A DNA stretch of 64,000 nt, taken from assembly GCA_036374435.1 (NCBI GenBank), contig DASUTU010000153.1, forward strand, positions 7,393 through 71,392. Direction: 5' to 3'. Numbering within the stretch: position 1 is the first letter of the stretch; each line of letters begins with the position of its first letter. Position numbers and translations under genes: made by a program. Positions 1 through 8,590 of the stretch are shown in pieces. This DNA is from Actinomycetota bacterium (GTDB taxonomy: Bacteria; Actinomycetota; UBA4738; HRBIN12). Below the pieces are notes generated by a model. That model was not told the origin of the DNA. It searched no databases and saw only the letters and a program-made list of their open reading frames with translations.

Positions 1-683
1 ACGATGGCTCGGAACCGCTCGTCGGCCATGTTCGGGTCGCCGTCGCGGTCGGTGGCCCCCCCGGCGCCGGGGGGCTCGGGGCGGGGCGTCCGGGGAGTGT
101 CGAGGCGACCGGCCAGCTCGTCCAGCGCCTCGACGCCGGCGTCGTAGCCGCCCGCCGGCATGTGCGCCACGAGGAACAGCCGCTGTCGCCAGTGGTCGAA
201 CACCACGGCCCGGTCGATCACCAGCAGGCCGATCGGCGGCGCGGGCACGTCCCCGGCCGGGAAGGGGTGCCCGTCCAGGAGCGCTCCCGCCTCGTAGGAC
301 AGGTACCCCATCAGCCCCCCGGTGAGCGGCGGCAACCCGTCCGGCCGCGGGGCCCGAAGGCTCCGTGCCAACGCGACGAGGTCCTCCCGGGCGTCTCCGG
401 TGCGGGGTCCGTCGAACCCGAGGTCCCGGACCACCGCCTCCACCCGAAGGCCCGTCGGGTCGGCCACGACGAGGGCCGCCGGGTCACCCGCGACGAACGA
501 GTACCGCCCCCACCGCTCGGAACGTTCCACGCTCTCCAGGAGCACGCCGGGTCCCTCGCCGGCCAGGGCGGGGAACACCCCGACCGGCGTCGAGACGTCG
601 GCCAGGAGCTCGGTCCAGACCGGAACCAGGGCGTGATCCGAGGCGAGCGCCTCGAACGTCGCTCGGTCCGGTTGCACGTTCAC
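1..683 (-). CDS. trpE: anthranilate synthase component I, N-terminal ~227 aa; gene continues past window start
   Basis: Minus-strand translation from GTG (683-681) preceded by GAGGAGG gives MNVQPDRATFEALASDHALVPVWTELLADVSTPVGVFPAL...GYLSYEAG...LVIDRAVVFDHWRQRLFLV. These are TrpE N-terminal hallmarks. It is missing from the ORF track because there is no stop inside the window. Confidence 0.8.
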   Translation of the reverse strand, partial: MNVQPDRATFEALASDHALVPVWTELLADVSTPVGVFPALAGEGPGVLLESVERSERWGRYSFVAGDPAALVVADPTGLRVEAVVRDLGFDGPRTGDAREDLVALARSLRAPRPDGLPPLTGGLMGYLSYEAGALLDGHPFPAGDVPAPPIGLLVIDRAVVFDHWRQRLFLVAHMPAGGYDAGVEALDELAGRLDTPRTPRPEPPGAGGATDRDGDPNMADERFRAI

Positions 684-705
684 GTCCGCACCTCCTCGAT
701 CCCCT

Positions 706-737
706 CGAAGACGCGAAACCCCGGGGCTCGCCCGGGG
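706..737 (-). terminator. trp attenuator terminator: stem CCCCGGG/CCCGGGG with a 5-nt loop, then UUUCGCGUCUUCG
   Basis: The minus-strand RNA reads ...GAGCCCCGGGCGAGCCCCGGGGUUUCGCGUCUUCGAGGGGAUCGAGGAGGUGCGGAC-GUG(trpE). A 7-bp GC stem plus U-rich tail lies between the leader peptide and the trpE SD. Confidence 0.5.
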
Positions 738-786
738 CTCTCGTCGCCGTGCCGATGGGTGGTGCCGAGCGCGCCGGAGCCGGGCG

Positions 787-831
787 TCAGACGCCCGTGA
801 ACCAGGACCAGCGCCGCACGCGCTCGTTCAT
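787..831 (-). CDS. trpL: trp operon leader peptide (14 aa: MNERVRRWSWFTGV) with two Trp codons
   Basis: ATG AAC GAG CGC GTG CGG CGC TGG TCC TGG TTC ACG GGC GTC TGA sits about 100 nt upstream of trpE on the same strand. The TGG-TCC-TGG pair lies just ahead of a terminator hairpin. Confidence 0.55.
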   Translation of the reverse strand: MNERVRRWSWFTGV

Positions 832-952
832 GTGTGGCCGATGGTCGCAGCCGGCCGGAGCGGCGTCAACGGCGACCGCCCTCGAGCGTCGAATGCGTGG
901 GACGCGCAACCCCCGGTTCGGTAGGGTCCCCCCGACCCGGGCAGGGAGCTCG

Positions 953-2539
953 ATGCGCACGTTCACCCGATCCGCTTCCCTCATGGCCGCGCTGGCGGTC
1001 CCAGCGGTCCTCGTCGCCGGCGTCGTGGCCCGGCCCGCCACGGCCGAACACGACGTGGGCGAACCGGCGTGGTCGGTGGCGCGCGCTGCCGTGGTCCACG
1101 GTCGCGATCCCGGTGGGTCGGAGCGGCGTCCCACCTCCTTCGAGGTCTTCGCCCGGCGAGGACGGCCCGCCCGGGCCGGGGGAGCGGCCCCGGGCCCGGC
1201 CCCGCGAACCCCGCAGCCCGTGTCGGGGTTCGACGCGTTGTCCGACCCGTTCGCCGTCCCGGCGGACCCAACCGGGGCCCTGGGGGTCGACTTCGTGCTG
1301 GCGGCCGTCAACACGCAGGCCGCGGTCTACGACCGCACGGGTGCGCTCGTCGGCTCCCCGATCCAGCTGGCCGCACTGCATCCCGAGTCCCTGGGCCGGT
1401 TCGCGTTCGACCCCAGGGTCGTCTACGACCAGTACGCGGACACCTTCGTGCTGACCTATCTGGTCCAGCGCGATCGTCCGAAGTACTCGCGGATCATCGT
1501 GGTGGCGATCCCGAACGCGACGGCGGACGACCCGCTGACGTGGTGCGCGACGGCGTTCCTCGGCGACCTGGTGCCCGGCAGACCACGGGTGTGGGCGGAC
1601 TACCCGGGCCTCGGCTACAACCACGATCGCGTCACGATCACGACGAACCAGTTCACGTTCCCGGCGCTCCGGGCCAGGTTCCGCTACGCGCAGGTCCTGT
1701 CGATCCCGAAAGCCGAGCTCTACGACTGCGCGGTCCCGGTGGTTCCGGACGTCTTCGCCGGCACCCAGACCGCCGACCCGTCCGGGCGGCAGTCGTTCAC
1801 GCTCCAGCCGGCGCAGTCGGTCGACGGATCCGGGCCCCAGCACCTGTTGTCGTTCGAGCTTTTCGGCAAGCGGTCCTACCTCGTGGTGTGGCGGATCAAG
1901 AACACGCGAGCCGGGCTTCGGCTCCAACGCGCCGAGATCGGCGTGGGCCGGGCGGGCCGTCCTCCGCTCGGCACCCAGGGCGGGGGAGGGCTGGCCGATC
2001 CGGAGACGTTCTGGGACGCGGGGGACGAGCGGTTGATCAACGCGTACCACGAGGTCGACACGAGGGCCTTGTACGCCGCCCACGCGGTGTTCCGGGACCT
2101 CCGTCCCGATACGCTCACCGGGGCCTACCCCGAGTCCACGATCCGGTGGTACGAGGTGCGACCGACCCGGAGGCTGGGGAGATCGTCGCTGATCCGCAAG
2201 GGGACGATCGGGGCTCCGGAGGTGGACGTGGGGTGGCCCACCGTAGCGACCGACGGGAACGGCTCGCTGTTCGTCGCATACAGTCGGGCCGGGGCCGTTC
2301 GCAGCGAGTTCCTCTCGGCCTGGGTCGCCGAGATCCTCCCGGGGCGCCGGGCCGCGACCCAGACGTTGCTCGCGCCCGGCCTGGCCACCTACGACGCGCT
2401 CCCCGGGCCCGAACGTTGGGGGGACTTCACGGCGATCAACCGCGACCCTCTGGATCCCGCTCGGCTGGCCACGTTCAACCAGTACGCGCTCGACCCGGTG
2501 AGCTGGCAGCAGGTCGTTCACTTCGTCGAACACGGATGA
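953..2539 (+). CDS. secreted hypothetical protein (~528 aa) with N-terminal signal peptide
   Basis: ATG at 953 gives MRTFTRSASLMAALAVPAVLVAGVVARPATA (signal peptide). The rest has normal composition (VYDQYADTFVLTYLVQRDRPKYSRIIVVAIPNAT...) and no recognised family. The 365..2539 ORF upstream of 953 is low-complexity R/P/G overprint. Confidence 0.6.
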   Translation: MRTFTRSASLMAALAVPAVLVAGVVARPATAEHDVGEPAWSVARAAVVHGRDPGGSERRPTSFEVFARRGRPARAGGAAPGPAPRTPQPVSGFDALSDPFAVPADPTGALGVDFVLAAVNTQAAVYDRTGALVGSPIQLAALHPESLGRFAFDPRVVYDQYADTFVLTYLVQRDRPKYSRIIVVAIPNATADDPLTWCATAFLGDLVPGRPRVWADYPGLGYNHDRVTITTNQFTFPALRARFRYAQVLSIPKAELYDCAVPVVPDVFAGTQTADPSGRQSFTLQPAQSVDGSGPQHLLSFELFGKRSYLVVWRIKNTRAGLRLQRAEIGVGRAGRPPLGTQGGGGLADPETFWDAGDERLINAYHEVDTRALYAAHAVFRDLRPDTLTGAYPESTIRWYEVRPTRRLGRSSLIRKGTIGAPEVDVGWPTVATDGNGSLFVAYSRAGAVRSEFLSAWVAEILPGRRAATQTLLAPGLATYDALPGPERWGDFTAINRDPLDPARLATFNQYALDPVSWQQVVHFVEHG

Positions 2540-2660
2540 GACGATCCGGTCCCGGGGCGGAGGGGGGCGGCGTCCCTGGTTCGCGGCTCAAGCCGGCGTA
2601 GCCTCGCGACGAAACCACCCCCCACGAGGAAACCACTCCCACACGGGAGAGGAGGGCATC

Positions 2661-4472
2661 GTGTCCAACGTTCGAAAGCTGATCGCGCTCGCCGCCGTCC
2701 TGGCGCTGGGATCCGTGGCTCCCGCCTCCGCCGGGACCGCTCCCGAAACGGCCCGCACCCGAGAGCCGGTGTCGGTGACGCTGCGGCCACCTGCGGAGAA
2801 ACCGTCCATGGCGCAGCGGGTCGCCCTCGGCCGCGAGCTCATCGTGCGGTTCCGCTCCGGAGCGGCCGACCGGGACCGCGCCGCGGCGCATCTGGCCGCC
2901 GGAGCGCTCGTGGTCGACCGGGTGGCCGGCCGCGGGCTCACGCTCGTGCGGGTGCCCGAGGGCGTGGAGCCGGCCGTCGCGATGCGTGCGTACCGGCGGA
3001 GCGAGGCAGTGGCCTTCGTCGAGCCGAACGTCGAGCGTCCGCTGCTCGAGACCGTGCCGAACGACCCCTTGTTCCCGGAGCTCTGGGGACTGCGGAACAC
3101 GGGCCAGGCGCACGGGCTCACCGACCCGCCACCTCCGACCTTCCCCGGCCTGTCGGACGCCGACATCGACGCCGGCGACGCCTGGGACGCCACGACCGGG
3201 TCGTCGGCCACGGTCGTCGCCGTGATCGACACCGGCATCGACCTGAGCCACCCCGACCTCGCGCCGAACCTGTGGGTGAACGCGGACGAGATCCCGGCGA
3301 ACGGGATCGACGACGACGCGAACGGCTACGTCGACGACGTGAACGGCTGGGACTTCATCGATGACGACGCCGTACCGCAGGACACGGACGCCCACGGCTC
3401 CCACGTCTCCGGGACGATCGCCGCGGCGATGAACAACACGATCGGGGTCGCGGGGGTCTGCCCCGGCTGCCGGATCATGCCGTTGCGGTTCGACCTCGAC
3501 GTGTTCACCGAGCTCCGGGCGATCGACTACGCGATCGCAAACGGCGCCCACATCATCAACGCGAGCTTCGGCGGCGACGTGTTCTCCAAGGCCGAGCGCA
3601 ACGCCATCGGACGAGCGAACGATGCCGGGATCTTGTTCGTCGCTGCCGCTGGGAACGAGTTCGCCGATCTGGACATCTGGATCCCCGGTCTCTCGCCGTC
3701 GTTCCCGGCCGCCTACGACTTGCCGGGGATCGTCTCGGTCGGCGCGAGTAACGATTACGACGAGATCGGGTACTTCAGCGGCTGCGCCCTCGCCGGGAAC
3801 GACTTCTTCGACTGTGTGTTCAGCAACTTCGGGCACGATGCCGTCGACCTGTTCGCTCCGGGCGTGGACATCCTCAGCACGGTTCCCGGCAGCGCGTATG
3901 CCTACTTCAACGGGACGTCGATGGCCTCGCCGCACGTCGCCGGGGTGGCCGGACTGGTCAAGTCGCTCCATCCGGACTACACGCCGCTCCAGCTCCGGAA
4001 CGCGCTGCTCAACTCGGTGGACACGGCGGAGAACCTCACGCTTCTGGCTGACGGGCTCACTCTGACCGATGGGCGCGTGAACGCGGCGGCGGCCTTGAAT
4101 GCGTCGACCGCGACCACCTACCCCGTCAGCTCCGGGAACATCCAGACGGCACAGACCCTGAGGTCCAGGGCCAACGGCAGGGTCTCGTTCCCCGGGAACG
4201 TGAACGACGTGTTCAAGAAACGGCTGCGGAAGGGCGCGCGGTACGCCGTGTTCCTCGACGTCCCGAGGCGGACCGACCTCGATCTGTTCGTGTGGAAGCC
4301 GGGCACGTTCCAGATCTTCCAGGGCCTGAGGCAGCTTGCCGGGGTGAGCGGAGACGGCGCCGGCCGGGACGAGCTGGTGGTGTTCAAGGCGAGGAAGGCC
4401 GGCATCTACTACTTCCACGTGGAGGCATTCTTCGACACGGGCCGGTACACGCTGGAGGTCGCGCGGGTCTGA
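2661..4472 (+). CDS. secreted subtilisin-like serine protease (peptidase S8)
   Basis: SD GGAGAGGAGGG before GTG. Signal peptide MSNVRKLIALAAVLALGSVAPASA. Catalytic triad motifs VAVIDTGID (Asp), HGSHVSGTIAA (His), GTSMASPHVAGVAGL (Ser). Confidence 0.9.
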   Translation: MSNVRKLIALAAVLALGSVAPASAGTAPETARTREPVSVTLRPPAEKPSMAQRVALGRELIVRFRSGAADRDRAAAHLAAGALVVDRVAGRGLTLVRVPEGVEPAVAMRAYRRSEAVAFVEPNVERPLLETVPNDPLFPELWGLRNTGQAHGLTDPPPPTFPGLSDADIDAGDAWDATTGSSATVVAVIDTGIDLSHPDLAPNLWVNADEIPANGIDDDANGYVDDVNGWDFIDDDAVPQDTDAHGSHVSGTIAAAMNNTIGVAGVCPGCRIMPLRFDLDVFTELRAIDYAIANGAHIINASFGGDVFSKAERNAIGRANDAGILFVAAAGNEFADLDIWIPGLSPSFPAAYDLPGIVSVGASNDYDEIGYFSGCALAGNDFFDCVFSNFGHDAVDLFAPGVDILSTVPGSAYAYFNGTSMASPHVAGVAGLVKSLHPDYTPLQLRNALLNSVDTAENLTLLADGLTLTDGRVNAAAALNASTATTYPVSSGNIQTAQTLRSRANGRVSFPGNVNDVFKKRLRKGARYAVFLDVPRRTDLDLFVWKPGTFQIFQGLRQLAGVSGDGAGRDELVVFKARKAGIYYFHVEAFFDTGRYTLEVARV

Positions 4473-4545
4473 AGAACGTCCCTCGTCGAGCTCGGGGGCC
4501 GGAGCGGGCGTGGGCGGCCCGCTCGGCCGGTATCCTGAGCCCTCC

Positions 4546-6255
4546 ATGAGGCTGTCCAACGCGTTCGTTCCGACGCTGCGCGAGGACCCCTCCGAGGCGG
4601 AGGTCCCCTCGCACCGCCTGCTGCTGCGGGCCGGGTTCATCCGTCAGGTGGCGGCCGGGATCTACACGACCCTGCCGCTCGGCGTGCGCTCGATGCGCAA
4701 GATCTCCGAGATCGTCCGGGAGGAGATGGACGGGTCGGGGGCCCACGAGATCCGGATGCCGATCACGCTTCCGGCGGAGCCGTGGAAGGCGACCGGCCGG
4801 TGGGACCTCTACGGTGACCTCCTGTTCCGGCTGACCGACCGGCACGGGCGGGAGATGCTCCTCGGCCCCACCCAGGAGGAGGTGGCCACGCTCCTGATCG
4901 ACGGCGAGCTGCCCTCGTACCGCGACCTGCCGATGAACGTGTACCAGATCGAGTGGAAGTACCGGGACGAGTACCGCCCGCGGTTCGGCCTGCTTCGAGG
5001 CCGCGAGTTCCTGATGAAGGACGCCTACACGTTCGACCGCGATGAGGAGGGCATGGCTCGCTCGTACGACGTGATGCTCCAGGCGTACAAGCGCGTCTTC
5101 GACCGGTGCCGATTGTCGTACGCGGTCGTCGAGGCCGAGCCGGGGCAGATCGGCGGCGGCGTGAACCACGAGTTCATGGCGCGGGCCGAAGTGGGGGAGG
5201 ACCTGTTCGTCGAGTGCGAGAACGGGGACTACCTCGCCGACCAGAAGGCCGCGACCCCGATGCCGCCGGAGCCGGCCGCGCCGGACGCGCTCGAGGAGCT
5301 GACCCGGGTGCCGACGCCGGGTGCCTCGACCATCGAGCAGCTCTCGGCGTTCCTGCAGCGCCCCGCGCGCGAGACGCTCAAGTGCCTGCTGTTCGACGCC
5401 GGCGGCGAGCCGGTGGCCGCCCTGGTGCCGGGCGATCGAGAGGTCGAAGAGGCCAAGCTCGAGCGGCTGCTGTTCCCGGCGCCGGTCCGGCCGTTCGAAG
5501 ACGTCGACTTCGAGACCCGCGGCTTCGTCAAGGGCTTCGTGGGCCCGCAGGGGCTCGGCGAGGGCGTGCGCATCCTGGCCGATCATTCCGTCCGCGGCGG
5601 CGCGAACTGGATCACCGGCGCCAACGAGATCGACCACCACGTCACCGGCGCGAACACCCCCCGGGACTTCCGCGTCGACGCGTACGAGGACCTGGTGTCC
5701 CTGCGCGATGGTGACCGGTGCCCGGTCGACGGCGGCAGCCTCCACGTGGGGCGGTCCATCGTGGTTGGGCACATCTACCAGCTCGGCACCCGGTACTCCG
5801 AGCCGCTCAAGGCGCGGTTCGTGGACGAAGACGGCATCGAGCGGCCGTATTACATGGGCTCGCACGGGATCGGGATCTCGCGGATCCTCGCGGCGGCCGT
5901 CGAGCAGTTCCACGACGAGGTCGGCCTCCGGCTCCCCAGGGTCCTGGCCCCGTTCGACGTGGTGGTCGTGATCGCCAACCGCGACGACGACCGGGTGGTC
6001 GCCGAGGCCGAGCGCCTGTACGAGGAGCTTCGGTCCCGGGGCGCGGACGTCGTGCTGGACGACCGGGAGGAGACCGCCGGGGTGAAGTTCGCCGACGCCG
6101 ACCTGGTCGGGCACCCGGTCCAGGTCGTCGTGGGCCGCCGTGGGGTGGAGGCCGGAACCGCCGACCTGAAGCTCCGGGCCACCGGCGACCGATCCACGGT
6201 GCCGCTCGCCGACGCCGCCGGGGCCGCGATGGACCTGCTCGCCTCCGCGCCGTAG
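4546..6255 (+). CDS. proS: proline--tRNA ligase
   Basis: MRLSNAFVPTLREDPSEAEVPSHRLLLRAGFIRQVAAGIYTTLPLGVRSMRKISEIVREEM aligns with ProRS N-termini. Class II motifs follow: FRLTDRHGREMLLGPTQEE, QIEWKYRDEYRPRFGLLRGREFLMKDAYTF. Confidence 0.9.
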   Translation: MRLSNAFVPTLREDPSEAEVPSHRLLLRAGFIRQVAAGIYTTLPLGVRSMRKISEIVREEMDGSGAHEIRMPITLPAEPWKATGRWDLYGDLLFRLTDRHGREMLLGPTQEEVATLLIDGELPSYRDLPMNVYQIEWKYRDEYRPRFGLLRGREFLMKDAYTFDRDEEGMARSYDVMLQAYKRVFDRCRLSYAVVEAEPGQIGGGVNHEFMARAEVGEDLFVECENGDYLADQKAATPMPPEPAAPDALEELTRVPTPGASTIEQLSAFLQRPARETLKCLLFDAGGEPVAALVPGDREVEEAKLERLLFPAPVRPFEDVDFETRGFVKGFVGPQGLGEGVRILADHSVRGGANWITGANEIDHHVTGANTPRDFRVDAYEDLVSLRDGDRCPVDGGSLHVGRSIVVGHIYQLGTRYSEPLKARFVDEDGIERPYYMGSHGIGISRILAAAVEQFHDEVGLRLPRVLAPFDVVVVIANRDDDRVVAEAERLYEELRSRGADVVLDDREETAGVKFADADLVGHPVQVVVGRRGVEAGTADLKLRATGDRSTVPLADAAGAAMDLLASAP

Positions 6256-6265
6256 GCTCGCCCCG

Positions 6266-6547
6266 ATGTCCGTCCGTGCGCCCTCCCACCTGCGCGAGTT
6301 CGTGAAGATGCGGCCGGAGGTCGAGGCCGTGCTCCAGCACGTCGGGCGCCGGACCTGGGATCTGGTGCTCGTGGACGTCGAGGGGCTGTGGGTGCGCGAG
6401 GAGTTCGAGAGCGAGGAGGCCGCCGAGGCCGCGTGCCTGGACCTCGGCATCCGGATGCACCGCGGGTGGGACGACCAGCGCCTGGTCCGGCGGATGCGCC
6501 GTCGGGACCACTGGGGCCAACCCGGCGGGCAGCGCCGGGCGCGCTAG
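6266..6547 (+). CDS. small hypothetical protein (93 aa)
   Basis: Intact ORF with ordinary composition in the proS-rimP gap (MSVRAPSHLREFVKMRPEVEAVLQHVGRRTWDLVLVDVEGLWVREEFESEEAAEAACLDL...). No family recognised. Confidence 0.35.
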   Translation: MSVRAPSHLREFVKMRPEVEAVLQHVGRRTWDLVLVDVEGLWVREEFESEEAAEAACLDLGIRMHRGWDDQRLVRRMRRRDHWGQPGGQRRAR

Positions 6548-6635
6548 GCGTCCGGAGCCTCTGACCTGCGGATTCGGGCACCATTCGCGCCGGCTCGGCT
6601 ATACTCCTACTGGTCAACGGAGCGGTTTCACCCGG

Positions 6636-6664
6636 AAGTGGGCTCGCGCCCACTTTCTTTTTCG
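6636..6664 (+). terminator. leader terminator/attenuator of the rimP-nusA-infB operon: AAGTGGGC-tcgc-GCCCACTT then TCTTTTTCG
   Basis: Perfect 8-bp stem plus T-tract, about 35 nt downstream of a TATACT -10-like hexamer (6599-6604) and directly before the rimP SD GGGAGGGGA (6671-6679). Confidence 0.5.
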
Positions 6665-6685
6665 CAGGTCCGGGAGGGGATCGCG

Positions 6686-7144
6686 GTGCAGGTGCGGGTC
6701 GAGGAGCTGGTGGAGCCCGTCGTCGAGGCCTCCGGCCTGGAGCTGTGGGAGGTGTCGTTCGGCAAGCAGCGCGGCCGCTCGGTCCTGCGGGTGGTGGTGG
6801 ACCGGGAGGGCGGCGGCGTCGACCTCGACACCATCTCCGAGGTCTCCGAGCGCCTCTCGCGGCGCCTGGACCTCGAGGGATTCTCCGGCGACCGGGCGTA
6901 TTCGCTCGAGGTGAGCTCGCCGGGCGTGGAGCGGTCGCTGCGCGAGCCGCGGCACTTCCGGCGGAGCGTCGGCGAGCGGGTGAAGGTGAAGACGGCGGTG
7001 CTGGTGGAGGGGCGCCGGGTGGTCGAGGGCGCGCTGGTCTCGGCCGACGCGGAGGCGATCGTGGTCGCATCCGACGGCGGAGAGCTGCGCGTCCCCTACG
7101 CGGACGTGGCGTCCGCCCGCACCGTGTTTCGATGGGGATCGTGA
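6686..7144 (+). CDS. rimP: ribosome maturation factor RimP
   Basis: VQVRVEELVEPVVEASGLELWEVSFGKQRGRSVLRVVVDREGGGVDLDTISEVSERLSRRLD...YSLEVSSPGVERSL matches the RimP family. GTG start after the SD; upstream ORF codons overlap the terminator hairpin. Confidence 0.85.
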   Translation: MQVRVEELVEPVVEASGLELWEVSFGKQRGRSVLRVVVDREGGGVDLDTISEVSERLSRRLDLEGFSGDRAYSLEVSSPGVERSLREPRHFRRSVGERVKVKTAVLVEGRRVVEGALVSADAEAIVVASDGGELRVPYADVASARTVFRWGS

Positions 7145-7157
7145 CGGGAGCAGGGAC

Positions 7158-8309
7158 ATGAACCAGGAGATGATCGCGGCGCTCCGTGAGCTGGAGCGCG
7201 AGAAGGGGATCGCGTTCGAGACGATCCTCGCCGGGCTCGAGGAAGCCATGGCTTCCGCCTACAAGTCGTGGTGGAAGCAGCAGCATCCCGAGCTCGAGGA
7301 GGAGACCGTCGGCGTGCGGGCGCAGATCGATCCCGAGTCGGGCGACCTGCGGGTGTGGCTGCAGAAGCTCGAGGAGATGGAGCACGAGGACGAGGAGACC
7401 GGCGAGATCACCACCGAGTACCGCGTGCTGTCCGAGGACGAGGTCGAGGTGACCGACGAGTTCAAGGGGCGCATCGGCGCGCAGACGGCCAAGCAGGTGA
7501 TCTTCCAGAAGCTGCGCGATGCCGAACGCGAGATGACCTACGAGGAGTTCGCCGGGCGCGAGGGCGACATCGTAACCGGGATCGTCCAGCAGTCCGAGCG
7601 ACGGTACACGCTGCTCGACCTCGGCAAGGTCGAGGCGTTGCTGCCGCAGGCCGAGCAGGTCCCGTCCGAGCCCTACCGCAACGGCGAGCGGCTCAAGGCT
7701 TACATCACCGAGGTCCGCAAGGGCACGAAGGGGCCGCAGATCGTGGTGTCCAGAACGCACCCCGGCCTGCTGAAGAAGCTGTTCGAGATGGAGGTGCCCG
7801 AGGTCGAGGAGGGCATCGTGGAGATCAGGGCCGTCGCCCGCGAGCCGGGGCACCGGTCCAAGATCGCCGTCGCGTCCAACGAGCCGGCGGTGGACCCGGT
7901 CGGCGCCTGCGTCGGACCGAAGGGGTCGCGTGTGCGCAACGTCGTGACCGAGCTGCGGGGCGAGAAGATCGACGTCGTCCCCTGGAGCGCGGACACGTCC
8001 ACGCTCGTGGCGAACGCCCTCCAGCCGGCGAAGGTCAAGGAGGCGCGCGTCGATCCCGACACGCAGACGGCGCTGGTCATCGTGCCCGACTACCAGCTCT
8101 CGCTGGCGATTGGGAAGGAGGGCCAGAACGCGCGGCTGGCGGCCCGCCTGACCGGGTGGCGGATCGACATCAAGAGCGAGACGCAGTTCGTCGACGAGCA
8201 GCGGGCTCCGAAGAAGGTCCCCCCGGCGGCCGTCGGTGAGACCGAGGAACCCGTGGTCGTGGAGGAGACCGCCGAGGAGGCGCCGGCGGAGGAGCGTGCG
8301 GAGGCCTGA
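7158..8309 (+). CDS. nusA: transcription termination/antitermination factor NusA
   Basis: MNQEMIAALRELEREKGIAFETILAGLEEAMASAYK..., then S1 and KH domains (KIDVVPWSADTSTLVANALQPAKV). Confidence 0.95.
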   Translation: MNQEMIAALRELEREKGIAFETILAGLEEAMASAYKSWWKQQHPELEEETVGVRAQIDPESGDLRVWLQKLEEMEHEDEETGEITTEYRVLSEDEVEVTDEFKGRIGAQTAKQVIFQKLRDAEREMTYEEFAGREGDIVTGIVQQSERRYTLLDLGKVEALLPQAEQVPSEPYRNGERLKAYITEVRKGTKGPQIVVSRTHPGLLKKLFEMEVPEVEEGIVEIRAVAREPGHRSKIAVASNEPAVDPVGACVGPKGSRVRNVVTELRGEKIDVVPWSADTSTLVANALQPAKVKEARVDPDTQTALVIVPDYQLSLAIGKEGQNARLAARLTGWRIDIKSETQFVDEQRAPKKVPPAAVGETEEPVVVEETAEEAPAEERAEA

Positions 8310-8314
8310 CCACC

Positions 8315-8590
8315 GTGGGGGCCGCGCGCGAGCCGGTTCGGACGTGTGTGGGATGTCGCACGGCGGCGCCGAAACGTTCGTTGCTCAGGATCGCGCGGTT
8401 GCCCGACGGGCGGGTCATCGTCGATCCGACCGGGAAGGCGCCGGGGCGTGGGGCGTACGTGCACCGCGATCCGGGGTGCGTCGACGCGGCGCTGGCGCGC
8501 GGCGGACTGTGGCGGATGTTGCGGACGGGGGCGGACCTGGACGCAGCCGCTAGGCTTACGCAGGAGATCGAGGGGGCAATCCGGACGTGA
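8315..8590 (+). CDS. ylxR: YlxR/DUF448 RNA-binding protein of the nusA-infB operon
   Basis: PVRTCVGCRTAAPKRSLLRIARLPDGRVIVDPTGKAPGRGAYVH is the typical YlxR motif; position between nusA and infB. Confidence 0.85.
   Translation: MGAAREPVRTCVGCRTAAPKRSLLRIARLPDGRVIVDPTGKAPGRGAYVHRDPGCVDAALARGGLWRMLRTGADLDAAARLTQEIEGAIRT

Noticed and set aside
162-800. 212-aa + strand ORF at window start (and 322..636)
   Set aside because: It lies antisense to the trpE 5' region, whose minus-strand translation is unmistakably TrpE. The composition is R/P/G-rich.
866-2533. 555-aa minus-strand ORF antisense to the secreted-protein gene (plus nested 787..1314, 981..1271, 1876..2118 ORFs)
   Set aside because: Extreme Arg/Gly/Pro/Val composition typical of antisense frames in about 70% GC DNA. 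It fully overlaps a sense gene that has a signal peptide and normal composition.
2475-4640. 721-aa minus-strand ORF antisense to the subtilase gene
   Set aside because: Same high-GC antisense artefact. The sense strand carries the complete D-H-S catalytic triad.
4384-7853. Long minus-strand ORFs (688 aa and 667 aa) antisense to proS, rimP and nusA, and + strand alternative-frame ORFs 5106..5714, 5321..5971, 5718..6305
   Set aside because: R/P/G-rich low-complexity translations overlapping unambiguous housekeeping genes.
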